Source: Octopus sinensis
Lineage: Eukaryota
Direction: 5' to 3'
Length of the DNA: 64,000 bases
Assembly (NCBI RefSeq): GCF_006345805.1
Contig: NC_043020.1
Span: 11,098,001 to 11,162,000, forward strand
Below are positions 1 through 11,964 of the stretch, piece after piece (the stretch's first letter is position 1; the number at the start of each line of letters is the position of its first letter). Under the pieces are notes generated by a model. The model was given only the letters and a program-made list of their open reading frames with translations, had not been told where the DNA came from and did not search any database. The position numbers and the translations under genes were made by a program.

Positions 1-1082
1 AATTAGAGATACTCTTTTACTTGTTTCAGTCATTTGACTGTGGCCATGCTAGAGCACAGCTTTTAGTCATGCAAATCGACCCCGGGACTTATTCTTTGTA
101 AGCCCAGTACTTATTCTATCAGTCTCTTTTGCTGAACTGCTAAGTTATGGGGACGTAAACACACCAGCATCAGTTGTCAAGCGATGTTGGGGGACAAACA
201 AAGACACACAAACATATACACACACATACATACATATATATAAATATATATATACGACGGGCTTCTTTCAGTTTCCGTCTACCAAATCCACTCACAAGGC
301 TTTGGTCGGCCTGAGGCTATAGTAGAATACACTTGCCCGAGGTGCCACGCTGTGGGGATGAACCTGAAACCATGTGGTTGGTAAACAAGCTACTTACCAC
401 ACAGCCAAAGAAACTGTATAAAGGGCACGGATACAAACAACATAGGACGCAACCCATATACACACACAAACACACACACGGTAACTTCAAAAAAGGTCAC
501 AATAATATCAACATGACTAACAACAATGGCAACAACAACTACCACGATGGCAGCATTGTGGGTGAACACACAAACACAGTGGGCTACAAGAATGGTACAA
601 AAAGTCGGGTTAAGGGCAGCAGCAACAGCTACTGGAGGCGCAATGGCCCAATGGTTAGGACAGCGGACTCGTGGTCGGAGGATCGCGGTTTCGATTCCCA
701 GACCAGCCGTTCTGTGTGTTTATTGAGTGAAAACACCTAAAGCTCCACGAGGCTCCGGCAGGGGGTGGTGGCGACTCCTGTTGTACTCTTTCGCTCCAAC
801 TTTCTCTCACTCTTTCTTCCTGTTTCTTGTCCCCGACTTCCTAAGCAACTGCTGAGCCTGGATGCGCATTCATCCATCTGTCGATGCTCTCGGTGTCGGG
901 GGTTGTTGACCTGCTTTCTCTTCTGCGGGTCTTACGAATAGCAAAAGACCATGTTTCGGACTTCTCCCACTAGGATGAAGACCGCTTCGCTCAACAAACA
1001 AACAAACAAGCAAGCAGTAACAGCAACGAAGTGGGGACAGGGCTGGGGGCATAGTGCTGCTAAGAACAATGACACACACATA

Positions 1083-1249
1083 CAGGTGCAGGAGTGGCTG
1101 TGTGGTAAGTAGCTTGCTAACCAACCACATGGTTCGGGGTTCAGTCCCACTGTGTGGCATCTTGGGCAAGTGTCTTCTGCTATAGCCCCGGGCCGACCAA
1201 TACCTTGTGAGTGGATTTGGTAGACGGAAACTGAAAGAAGCCTGTCGTA

Positions 1250-1303
<54 letters not shown>

Positions 1304-1522
1304 ATATATGTATGTATGTGTGCTTGTGTGTCTGTGTTTGCTCCCCTAGCATTGCTTGACAACCGATGCTGGTGTGTTTACGTCCCCGTCACTTAGCGGT
1401 TCGGCAAAAAGAGACCGATAAAATAAGTACTGGGCTTACAAAGAATAAGTCCCGGGGTCGATTTGCTTGACTAAAGGCGGTGCTCCAGCATGGCCGCAGT
1501 CAAATGACTGAAACAAGTAAAA
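1083..1522 (+). mobile_element. tRNA-derived SINE family A (representative; ~18 copies in the window)
   Basis: Head GGCGCAGGAGTGGCTGTGTGG with B-box GGTTCAGTCCC, internal (TA)n/(TG)n and an (AAAGAGT)n tail. Other copies approx. 11-405(-), 9004-9420, 17716-18100(-), 24200-24680(-), 25605-26012(-), 28987-29345(-), 33365-33755, 36271-36690(-), 37407-37826, 39415-39845, 48010-48420, 53022-53555, 56942-57342, 58830-59225(-), 59748-60058, 62097-62460. Confidence 0.92.
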
Positions 1523-2657
1523 TAAAATAAAAATTTTTTTTAAATACACACACAAACACAGATGCATGTGCATATAAGGATACACATCATAGAAGAACAG
1601 AATAGAATAATCAGAGCAAGAGCACACAGGAAGACGGAAAGTGTCGCTGAGGTCACAGATGTAACAAAAGACTTCCGGACAATCATCATCATCATTGTTT
1701 AACGTCCGCTTTCCATGCTAGCATGGGTTGGACGATTTGACTAAGGTCTGGTGAACCAGATGGCTGCACTAGACTCCAATACATGGTGACTACAATAGTC
1801 CTAGCAGCATAAAAAACAGCATCCAGTGCACACTGTAAAGTGGTTGGTATTTGGAAGGGCATCCAGCTGTAGAAAACCATGCCACAGTGGACACTAGAGT
1901 AATTTGCAGTCCTTGACTCATTGGATCCTTGTCAAACTGTTCAACATCTGTCAGCATGGAACATCATTATCATCATCATCATCATTATCATCATTTAACG
2001 TCCGCCTTCCATGCTAGCATGGGTTGGACGATTTGACTGAGGGCTGGCGAACTAGATGGTTGCACCAGGCTTCAATCTTGATCTGGCAGAGTTTCTACAG
2101 CTGGATGCCCTTCCTAACGCAAACCACTCCGAGAGTGTAGTGGGTGCTTTTTACATGTCACCGGCACGAGGGCCAGTCGAACGGTACTGGCAGCGGCCAC
2201 GCTCAAATGGTGCTTTTTATGTGCCACCTGCACAGGAGCCAGTCCTGCGGCACTGGCAACGACCTTGATCGAATGAACATGAGATATAATAAGAACAGTA
2301 ATAAAGGAGTAGAGAATGGATATATTATAGTGAGTGTGTTTATTTGGAAAAGAAAAAGATAAAAAAATTACCATCTGTGCAGGTGGCACGTAAAAAGCAC
2401 CCACTACACTCATGGAGTGGTTGGCGTTAGGAAGGGCATCCAGCTGAAGAAACTCTGCCAGATAAGACTGGAGCCTGGTGCAGCCTTCTGGCTTCCCAGA
2501 TCCCCGGTCGAACCGTCCAACCCATGCTAGCATGGAGAACGGACGTTAAACGATGATGATGAAATATAATATGAACACACACTAGTTCATCAATTGCTCT
2601 ACTAATTAATAAAAAGTGTTTGTTTTTTGCATTTTTTTATGAAAATAGGCTGTTTAC

Positions 2658-2714
2658 CTCTTTTTCTTCTTTTGGTAAATTTTTCCAGGTATTTGCTAAT
2701 TGCTTTGAAAAGTC
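2658..2714 (-). CDS. TFAM: TFAM exon 6; the terminal exon lies outside the window
   Basis: 57 nt, DFSKQLANTWKNLPKEEKE; acceptor with a long polypyrimidine tract ttcttccttcag|, donor gtaaac. Confidence 0.93.
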
Positions 2715-3043
2715 CTGAAGGAAGAAGAAAAAAATGTTATAAAATCACATTAATTAAATTAATGAAGATTTTTGTTTCATTAAGCACTGGCATGGCTGTG
2801 TGGTTGGGCACTTTGCATCTGAGTCATAATTTCAGGTTCAGTTCTACTGCATGGCACCTTGGGCAAGTATCTTCTATCATAGCCTCAAGCCAACTAATGC
2901 CTTGTAAGTGGATTTGACATAAAAACTGTGTTGAAGCCGGTCACACACACACACATGTGCACTCATACACGACCATATACGCATATACATAAATATGTAT
3001 GCACACATACATGTTTGTGTGCATGTGTATGTATATATATATA

Positions 3044-3720
3044 TTGGGGCATCCCATCAATAATGTGGTTTTTTCAATTGCATGAACTAAAAGTCAGAGA
3101 GGGATGGGATAAACTACCTTCATCAACTTGCTATAAAAGCAGGTGGTAATTTTACCTTCTGCTTATTCTTAGTGCAAGTTTTGAAGAGTGCAGTTCGATT
3201 TTAGCAGTTATTTTATCAAAACTGTAATGGAAGTGACAAAAAAGAATATTCAGCATATTTTGCTTTATGAGTTCAATAAAGGCAACAACGCAACAGAAAG
3301 TACAAAGAATATTAATGCAGTATGTGGGAATCGGACAATAAGTGTAAGCCAGGGTCAATGGCAGTTCCAGAAATTTTGAGCCGGAAAACTACAGCCTAGA
3401 AGACGAGCCTTGTCCTGGAAGATCTGTAGAACTTGACGAAGCTGTCCTGCAAACCCTGATGGAACAAAATCCCATCATATCTGTTGAATTTTGTTATTCA
3501 ACCATTCAAGCTTGGATTTGGTTATTCAATCATTCATCAACACCTGCATGCCATCAGAAAAGTCAGTAAATTGGGTCAATGGGTTCCTCACAAACTTTCC
3601 GACTCTAATCACACATAGAGAGTGAATGTGTGCTTTTCTTTGCTGCCACGTCTGAGAAATGAAACTTTTTTTTAATTTACTCTCTCTCAACAATGTAAAA
3701 CATGATGAAATGAAGCAACT
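3044..3720 (+). mobile_element. Degenerate mariner transposon, 5' part (TFAM intron 5)
   Basis: Follows TA. From 3227 it reads MEVTKKNIQHILLYEFNKGNNATES...SLEDEPCPGRSVELDE...KLGQWVPHKL, the mariner HTH plus WVPHEL-like motif, with stops and frameshifts. Confidence 0.85.
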
Positions 3721-3790
3721 AACCAACCAACATTTATATTGGCTATAATTACATAAAGATAAAATGACAAAAAATAAAATAAAAACTTAC

Positions 3791-3886
3791 AACAAATGGA
3801 AGATTTCCACGTTCAACTTTTGACGCTTGTACAAAAATAGCATAGGAATTCATTGGCCTCCGTGGCCTGCCATGTTTCCGCTCAGA
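3791..3886 (-). CDS. TFAM: TFAM exon 5 (start of HMG box 2)
   Basis: 96 nt, SERKHGRPRRPMNSYAIFVQASKVERGNLPFV; acceptor ctttctag|, donor gtaagt. Confidence 0.95.
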
Positions 3887-4143
3887 CTAGAAAGTTGAAA
3901 GCAAAAAGACAAAGGCAGTGTTAAAATATGTAAAAATATTTTTAATATTACCCAGGAACCTCCACCTCAACTCCAAATAAGGTCTTACTCCTGAAAAGGC
4001 ACTGAGGGCTGTGATGAACACAGGTGTCTTCATAGTATCAAAAATGAGTTATCTGCACCTGAATAGGAGGATAGTACAATATTCCCCTGATGGTCTTAAC
4101 TAAGATGGCATCCGTTGCTAGTGGAGCGCTAAGAGAACCATAG

Positions 4144-4512
4144 TGGAGGCGCAATGGCCCAGTGGTTAGGGCAGCGGACTCGCGGTCGTAGGATCGCAGT
4201 TTCGATTCCCAGACCAGGCGTTGTGAGTGTTTATTGAGCGAAAACACCTAAAAGCTCCACGAGGTTCCGGCAGGGATGGTGGTGATCCCTGCTGTACTCT
4301 TTCACCACAACTTTCTCTCACTCTTACTTCCTGTTTCTGTTGTACCTGTATTTCAAAGGGCCGGCCTTGTCACTCTCTGTGTCACGCTGAATATCCCCGA
4401 GGGTACACGTGTCTGTGGAGTGCTCAGCCACTTACACGTTAATTTCACGAGCAGGCTGTTCCGTTGATTGGATCAACCGGAACCCTCGTTGTTGGAACTG
4501 ACGGAGTGCTTC
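4144..4512 (+). mobile_element. tRNA(Arg)-like SINE family C (representative)
   Basis: Head GGAGGCGCAATGGCCCAGTGGTTAGGGCAGCGGACTCGCGG with TCG anticodon-like loop and B-box GTTTCGATTCC. Other copies approx. 634-1010, 10229-10614(-), 43955-44185(-), 52384-52665; related heads at 30625 and 60071. Confidence 0.88.
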
Positions 4513-5605
4513 CAAGAGAACCATACGAGTGAGATTGGGGCCAGAGCAACAAGCTGGCCTCCGAGCCGATGGCACATTAAAAACACCATTCCGAGCGTGA
4601 TCGTTACCTGTGTCGCCTGCAAGCACTTGTGCTGGTGGCACGTAAAAAAACATTCGAGCAAGGTTGTTGCCAGTGCCGCTGGACTGGCTCCTGTGCAGGT
4701 GGCACATAAAAAGCACCATTTGTGCATGGCCCCTACTAGTACTACCTGACTGGCCCTCATGCTGGTGGCACATAAAAGCACCCACTACACTCTCAGAGTG
4801 GTTGGCATGAGGAAGGGCATCCAGCTGTAGAAACTCTGCTAGATCAGACTGGAGTCTGGTGCAGCCATCTGGTTTGCCAGACCTCAGTCAAATCGTCCAA
4901 CCCATGCTAGCATGGAAAGCAGACATTAAACGACGATGATGATGATGATGAGGTGATGGAGATTTTCTGATATCATTTCAATATTCTCAAACACAAAACA
5001 GTTTGTGCTTATACAGACACAACATGTCAGTTATTGTTTATACAGACACTACATGTCAGCATGAAGACTATACCTCTTCTGTATACATTGACTGATTCTT
5101 TAAAAACTCGTCAATAACAATGTGCAACAAAAAATTTTGTTTTTCTTATGTCTTTGATCAGTAAGTGTTATGTCCTATTTGCTTCTATCTAGAAATCAAA
5201 GGAAATGACAACTATTCCCTTCAAACTTTGCTTTTGTAACCCGAATATCAATGTTTTGAAACTGACCTATTTTCCATTACATTTCAGACAGATTCAGTAC
5301 TGAGTTGCTGAAGCAAAAATATCGCTATAGAAAATATTGTCAGTTACTTGACCTGACCACTTGAGCATGTCTCTTAGCGCCTGACAATATGTGCCTCTCT
5401 GATCACGAGCAGAAGTAGTGTGGGAAGCATTGTAGCCATGTGTTCCTTGGGGTTTGAATAAATGTAACAAAAGCAATGTTTAAAGGAAATATTTAGCCAT
5501 TTTTCATAATTTCTAGGGGTAAACAAACAAAGAGGAAATAACAGTCTCTCTCTCTCTGTATGTATGCGTGTATATATATATATATGTGAGTGTGTGTGTG
5601 CGTAG

Positions 5606-5642
<37 letters not shown>

Positions 5643-6511
5643 AAAATAAGGGTGAAAAAATTGGATATTAATTTAATAATACCATCAATTTAACACCAAG
5701 TGGTTTAGCGCATAAAAACCAGGGATACAATAAAAATTATTACATGTGCTAATTCTTCTTGGAAACAATTCTTGGTGGTGAGACCATAGTGGATCTATTT
5801 TTAGCGCAAGAGTCGACCACATAGTGGACACTCTCTTATATTTGTGTATATATATATATATATATATCTTCGAAACGCGTGCTTGTAGTGATAAATGATA
5901 TGGTTATTGACGTTGTGTCCATTTTGGGCATTAGAAATTTTTTCTTTTGCCCTTACTTATAAATTGTTTATATATATATATACATATATAAGTGCAGGTA
6001 CGGCTTTTGTAGTTAAAACGTTTGCTTTCCAATCACACTGTTTTGTGTTCAGTCTCACCAAATAACACCTTGGACAAATCTGACCCATGCAAGCATGGCA
6101 AGGTGGACATTAAAACAGCGATGATGACCTACACGGATACATTCACATATAGAGATACATAGAACTATGTATGCACACATACACATATACAATACAGGTG
6201 CAGACAACATAGCTTCTCTGTGAATCAGAACCATTTTTCCCCACCACCACCACCACCACCCCAGCCTTCATCTATAGCCCCTTACTCAGTTTTCAATCTC
6301 CTTGATTGCCAACTCCTTATGGCTTACCCAAATACTTACTCACAAAATAACGCCAGTGTACCATGACCACAAACCCACACCAAAAGAAACTTTGATAATC
6401 GCCCAGTCACACATTCAGACACCCTCTCTCAACAATACAGCACTCATAGTATCCATTCAATCCCTTAAACCTAGCCAAGCATCAATAAATACAATCAGCA
6501 ATACAAAATTG

Positions 6512-6922
6512 GGATCTTTTCAGTTTGAACGGCAGTTTTTAACATAATTTCGAGGTAACTAAAAAATTTTAAACTTCGTATACTGGTAGAATGTGTTTAT
6601 AAAACATATTTTTCTCTTGGCTTTATTGAGAAAATACTATAGTTTGTAAGATATTTGTTGTGTTTTTTCTTCAATTTCTGCAATTTCAACCAATCAAATA
6701 CGTCTATTGAGGTAAAAAACATTCTGTGCCATATGAATGTGTCCCTCGTTGAAGAAACAGATTGGGTTTATTTACATTTGTGAAGAAAAAAAGATACCCT
6801 TCCTCCCACCCCTAACCCTAAAACAGATTGAAATGCAATAGATCGATACTAGGGTCATAATTATGGGTGACAATTTCATATGACACCGCTAGAAAAAACT
6901 GCCGTTCAAACCGAAAAGATTC
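6512..6922 (+). mobile_element. MITE family E (TIR GGATCTTTTCNGTTTGAACGGCAGTTTTT, 8-bp TSD)
   Basis: ~29-bp TIRs; TSD caaaattg at 6504-6511 and 6923-6930; internal CCCTAA repeats. Confidence 0.9.
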
Positions 6923-6957
6923 CAAAATTGTGCGAAATAACTTCATGTGAAACTTAC

Positions 6958-7107
6958 CAGCTTCTTCTTCCTCTTTGCTCGATTCTCTTTCTTCTTTGAA
7001 AAAGATTCCTTCAAAGCAGTCAGTTGTTCAGCAGATAACTCGGCTCTGAACTGGGCGTATTGTTCCTTGTAGGCTTGCAACCGAACTTGGGCCTGTTCTC
7101 TAAGAAC
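6958..7107 (-). CDS. TFAM: TFAM exon 4 (end of HMG box 1 plus basic linker)
   Basis: 150 nt, VLREQAQVRLQAYKEQYAQFRAELSAEQLTALKESFSKKKENRAKRKKKL; acceptor ctttcgcag|, donor gtaagt. Confidence 0.95.
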
Positions 7108-7215
7108 CTGCGAAAGAATGGAAAGATGAAACAGTCTCTGGTAATCTGTCTCTGATGAGAATCAAATGAGATCTGAAACCAGTCAGGTTGATGCATTCAG
7201 ATTAAAACTTGTTAA

Positions 7216-7435
7216 CCCTTTAGCTTTCAGATTATTTTGTCCAATGCAATGCTTATTTATTCACATTGTTTTGAATTAATCATGCAGTATTTCATAGCTT
7301 TGAGATTTTGATGATGTGATTGTTAAATTTTTAGAATGAACTTGAAAGGTAGATGTGAGAGACTGAATTTGGTCAGTTTGAACAAAAACATGTAGACTAT
7401 TTGAGCTGGATATGACTAGTTTAAAAGCTAAAGGG
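7216..7435 (+). mobile_element. piggyBac-type MITE (other copies at ~8946-9550, interrupted by a SINE, and ~51040-51280)
   Basis: TTAA|CCCTTTAGC ... GCTAAAGGG|TTAA termini. Confidence 0.8.
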
Positions 7436-7955
7436 TTAAAAGCCCAAAACAATGGAAAATGAATGAAATACAGAAGTGAAAACAGAACATAAGTTAATAT
7501 TTCATCTAGTATTTTTTCAGTATTTCAGCGTTAGAACCTCTTCATCAGGACAGGCAAAATGCTTATCGGTATTTCATCTGCTGCTACGTTCTGAGTTCAA
7601 ATTCCGCCGAGGTCGACTTTGCCTGTCATCCTTTCGGGGTCATTTAAATAAGTACCAGTTACACACTGGGGTTGATGCAATCGACTCAATCCCTTTGTCT
7701 ATCCTTGTTTGTCCACTTGTGGGCAATAAAGAAATAAGAAGATACAGAAAAATTCGATGAAAACAATTTTTTGGTTATGATGAAATTTCTTAAACCTTCT
7801 CATTGTGTCAGATGGATTTTAGCACTAGTAAAGACAGTACTGGGCTTACAAAGAATAAGTCCCGGGGTCGATTTGCCCGACTAAAGGCGGTGCTCCAGCA
7901 TGGCCGCAGTCAAATGACTGAAACAAGTAAAAAGAGTAAAGAGTAATATACATAC

Positions 7956-8026
7956 CTGTTTTTCTGAATCTGGCAAGTTCTTGTATATCTCTGAAACTTT
8001 GCGAATAACTTGCTGTGAATCAATTC
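7956..8026 (-). CDS. TFAM: TFAM exon 3
   Basis: 71 nt, (G)IDSQQVIRKVSEIYKNLPDSEKQ, AG/GT (gtatg) boundaries, phases 1 and 0, consistent with its neighbours. Confidence 0.95.
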
Positions 8027-9711
8027 CTTTGGAGGAGGGGGATTAAAAAAAGAAGAAAAAAAAGAAAGAAAATATTAATTGAGGTATAAATAAGGGGCCA
8101 AACAAGGACAGACAAAGTGATTGAGTCGAATGTATCAACCCAGTACGTAACTGGTACTTATTTAAGCGACCCCGAAAGGATGAAAGGCTAAGACGACCTA
8201 GGCAGAATTTGAACTCAGAATGTAGCAGCAGATGAAATACCTATTTCTTTATTACCCACGAGGGGCTAAACACAGAGCGGACAAACAAGGACAGACAAAG
8301 GGATTGAGTTGAATGTATCGACCCCAATACGTAACTGGTACTTATTTAAACGACCCCAAAAGGATGAAAGGCTAAGACGAACTCAGAATGTAGCAGCAGA
8401 TGAAATACCGCTAAGCATTTCGCCCGGCCAGCTTGCCGCCTTTTCTGTATCTTCTTATCAAGGGGTTATTTTTACAACAGACTTGCCTGGGTATCCATTC
8501 CTTAGGGAATATACCACAGGAATATAGTTGTTTCTTATTATTGGTAAAAGGTCAGCAATTTATCACAGTAGGATTTGAAATCAACAGGGGTCAATTTTTA
8601 CAATATGTGTATAATAAAATTATGAATTTAGAATTAAACTCAAAGATTCCTCAAAAATACATTTGCATATGATTAGCATATTTATCACATTTACAAGGTG
8701 AAGCATGTAAAGGTGGAGTGTCTTTGATTATCGGTCTGTCTGTGGGCTAAACAGTTGACCAAGCCAATAAGGGAGCTTAACATATGGTTGTTTGACTTGC
8801 TGGAAATAATAACTTAGAGACCCTCCTATCTTGAAAGTGGAAGGACGCATTGGGCAATGCAATTTCAGATATGCAAAAGAAAGGATGGTCATGAATGGAA
8901 CGTCTTTGATCATAGAGGAGCTTCAATAAAGCCGACTAGAGTTAACCCTTTACCATTCAGATTATTCTGTTAAAGGTAATGCTTTGTTTTTCACATTGTT
9001 TCCAGGCGCAGGAGTTGCTGTGTGGTAAGTAGCTTGTTTACCAACCACATGGTTCCAGGTTCAGTTCCACTGCATGGCATCTTGGGCAAGTGTCTTCTGC
9101 TATAGCTTCGGGCCGACCAATGCCTTGTGAGTGGATTTGGTAGACGGAAACTGAAAGAAGCCTGTCGTATATATGTATGTGTATGTGTGTGTATATGTTT
9201 GTGTGTCTGTGTTTGTCCCTCTAGCATTGCTTGACAACCGATCCGATGCTGGTGTGTTTACGTCCCCGTCACTTAGCGGTTCGGCAAAAGAGACCGATAG
9301 AATAAGTACTGGGCTTACAAAGAATAAGTCCTGGGGTTGATTTGCTCGACTAAAGGCGGTGCTCCAGCATGGCCGCAGTCAAATGACTGAAACAAGTAAA
9401 AGAGTAAAGAGTAAGAGTAATTAGTCATGCATTATCTTGTAGCTTTGAGACTTCAATGATGTGATTATTTTTAGAATGACATTGTAGGTAGATGTGAGAA
9501 AAGCAGATTGAATATTTGGGCCAGATAAAGCCTGTTTGAATGCTAAAGGGTCATTTCTGTGTTACTTTCTGTCGGAGAGCATAGGCTCGAAACATAAAAC
9601 TTTCTCACTTCTCGAGCAATGAACTAATACATCTGTTTGTTGTTTATACATCTGTCTTCGTCTTCTGTTTTTTAGTAAATTCTCACTATATTACATATAT
9701 ATATATATAAT

Positions 9712-10209
9712 AAGTCTCTGAATGAGGTATAGACAGTAACTGCACGACAATGTGAAGTATATTTGCCACTTAAATATGGCTAACCACTAAGGGTGGATGT
9801 TACTGTAGCTTGTAGTCCCAGGAGAACATCTTCTCCAGCTGGCTATTGACACACTTTCTGTGCCCTATCGGTATTTGCAAAGGGAGGTCATCCTTCCCTC
9901 GTCAACCTAAGTGATACGCACGGACTGCAGTTTCTGGATATTGACCCGTCATCAGCGCACGACAATCACCGGTTTTCGATGGAAAGGTCCCAGTGCAAAT
10001 ACATATATCGTTTTTCCAGTGACTTTTCGTCACTGATCTTGAAAAAGTGTGAACAAGCAATAATGAATCTCTGAACGAGGTATAGACAGTAACTACACGA
10101 CAATGTGAAGTATATTTGCCATCTAAATATGGCTAACCACTAAGGGTGGATGTTACTGTAGCTTGTAGTCCCAGGAGAACATCTTCTCCAGCTGGCTATT
10201 GACACACTT
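9712..10209 (-). mobile_element. Penelope/retrozyme-like unit: ~145-bp direct repeats flanking a hammerhead-bearing segment
   Basis: 9712-9857 is repeated at 10067-10209 with few mismatches; a hammerhead motif lies in the spacer. Confidence 0.5.
9918..9960 (-). ncRNA. Hammerhead-like motif with a degenerate stem II
   Basis: gtgcg CTGATGA cggg tcaata tcca GAA ACTGCAGT C cgtgc; palindromic stem III, GUC triplet. Confidence 0.55.
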
Positions 10210-10937
10210 ACTATCTATATATATATATGTGGAAGCACTCTGTCGGTTACGACGACGAGGGTTCCGGTTGATCCGAATCAACGGAACAGCCTGCTCGTGA
10301 AATTAACGTGTAAGTGGCTGACCACTCCACAGACACGTGTACCCTTAACGTAGTTCTCAGGGATATTCAGCGTGACACAGAGAGTGACAAGGCCGGCCCT
10401 TTGAAATACAGGTACAACAGAAACAGAAAGTAAGAGTGAGAGAAAGTTGTGGTGAAAGAGTACAGCAGGGATCACCACCACCCCCTGCCGGAGCCTCGTG
10501 GAGCTTTTAGGTGTTTTCGCTCAATAAACACTCACAACGCCCGGTCTGGGAATCGAAACTGCGATCCTATGACCGCGAGTCCGCTGCCCTAACCACTGGG
10601 CCATTGCGCCTCCACATATATATATATATACACACACAGAGGTGTCCCAGCATGACCACAGGTTTGAAACTGAAACAATTTAAGGATTTTATAGAATTAT
10701 ATATATATATATGACACACTTCTTTCGGTTTCTGTCTATCAAATCCACTGACAAGTGGGACCGAACTCGGAACCATGTGGTTGGGAAGCAAGCTTCTTAT
10801 CACACAGCCACGCCTGCATGATTGTAAATATTATAAGACAAAAATGAAAACCAGTGTCAAATTATGTCTGACTCCCAAGGGGCTACGTTAAAAAATGACT
10901 GACAATGCTTACCTGTGTAACAAAGTTCTGTACTTAC

Positions 10938-11059
10938 CAGGGTTATTTTCAAGAATTGCTGGGCGGTTTTTTGATGCAAATTCAAAGAATGCACTCATTG
11001 GTCTCTTTGGTGGTTTTGGTACATCGATATTGGAGTCTTGGCTTAAACGAGCCAGAGGT
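10938..11059 (-). CDS. TFAM: TFAM exon 2 (start of HMG box 1)
   Basis: Acceptor ttttaaag|, 122 nt, PLARLSQDSNIDVPKPPKRPMSAFFEFASKNRPAILENNP(G), donor gtaagt. PKRPMSAF is the HMG-box signature. Confidence 0.95.
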
Positions 11060-11964
11060 CTTTAAAAAAGTGAGAATATGATAAAATAATGAATAAGTGA
11101 AAACAAAAAGGAGACATTCCTATGGTGGCTTTCACCAAAAACTGAAATAGAATTTTATTTTTTTTTTGTCCTAATTTCTCTGTTGTTTATGTTCAGACCC
11201 TTATTCATAAAATATATTGAAAGAATTAAAAGAAAAAAACACACACACACACTCACACACAGAGGTAAAAGAAAAATCACACACATAACACTAGTAAAAT
11301 TTGAGGCAAAACAGAAACAAACAAAAAAATACTACATGGAATCAGACAAGAAAAAGCATAGAAATATATAGCAAAAAAACAAAAAACAAAAAAGTGCACA
11401 ATGACTTTTGTGTATATATATATATATATATATTGTATATATGTAAAAGGGACAGACAACAGGTTGCTTGGCCACATACCGAAAAATTAGAAATAGCAGT
11501 CAAGACTGTTTATTTCTATTTTCTCAATCAACAACTTAGGTCAAACTCAGTTTAACCTAGATAACTCATTAAATTTCCATTCTTATACTGACCGAGTACT
11601 AACTGAAGCACCGATACCAATAGAAGACATCTATAACAAAATATCCCTTCTCAACAATGTCAGTGTTATAACATTCCTCTTAACTCTCTTCATTCGGGAA
11701 CCTTCAAAGATTAAACGTCTCTGTCTCTCTCTTTCCATCAGCCAAATACCAATACCAATTAACTTGTTGGTAATGGCATCACATAAGTCTTGTTACTATC
11801 TGCCTCCACTCACATCAACTTAGTAGTAAGTCTTCAGCAACAACAACAACAACCAGCAATTCTCTAACAGACTAACGGATTGTATCTATTCCTACTCAAC
11901 ACAGTTGTGTGTTAAATTTAGTAAGCAGAAGATGTGTTAAGTATGAACTTTTCTCCTGTCCATT

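Noticed and set aside
634-720. tRNA-Arg-like sequences (also 4144, 10614, 52384, 30625, 60071)
   Set aside because: These are SINE heads: the acceptor stem is not closed and a common SINE body follows, so they are not tRNA genes.
1-2657. Search for the TFAM terminal exon
   Set aside because: Only SINEs and simple repeats were found, so the last exon must lie left of the window.
5294-5476. ORF with KPQG...YN as a possible TFAM exon 5
   Set aside because: The true exon 5 (3791-3886) has the HMG motif, correct splice sites and correct length.
5860-5890. cttcGAAACGCGT as a hammerhead half
   Set aside because: No CUGANGA upstream (a TA tract occupies the position) and the triplet would end in G.
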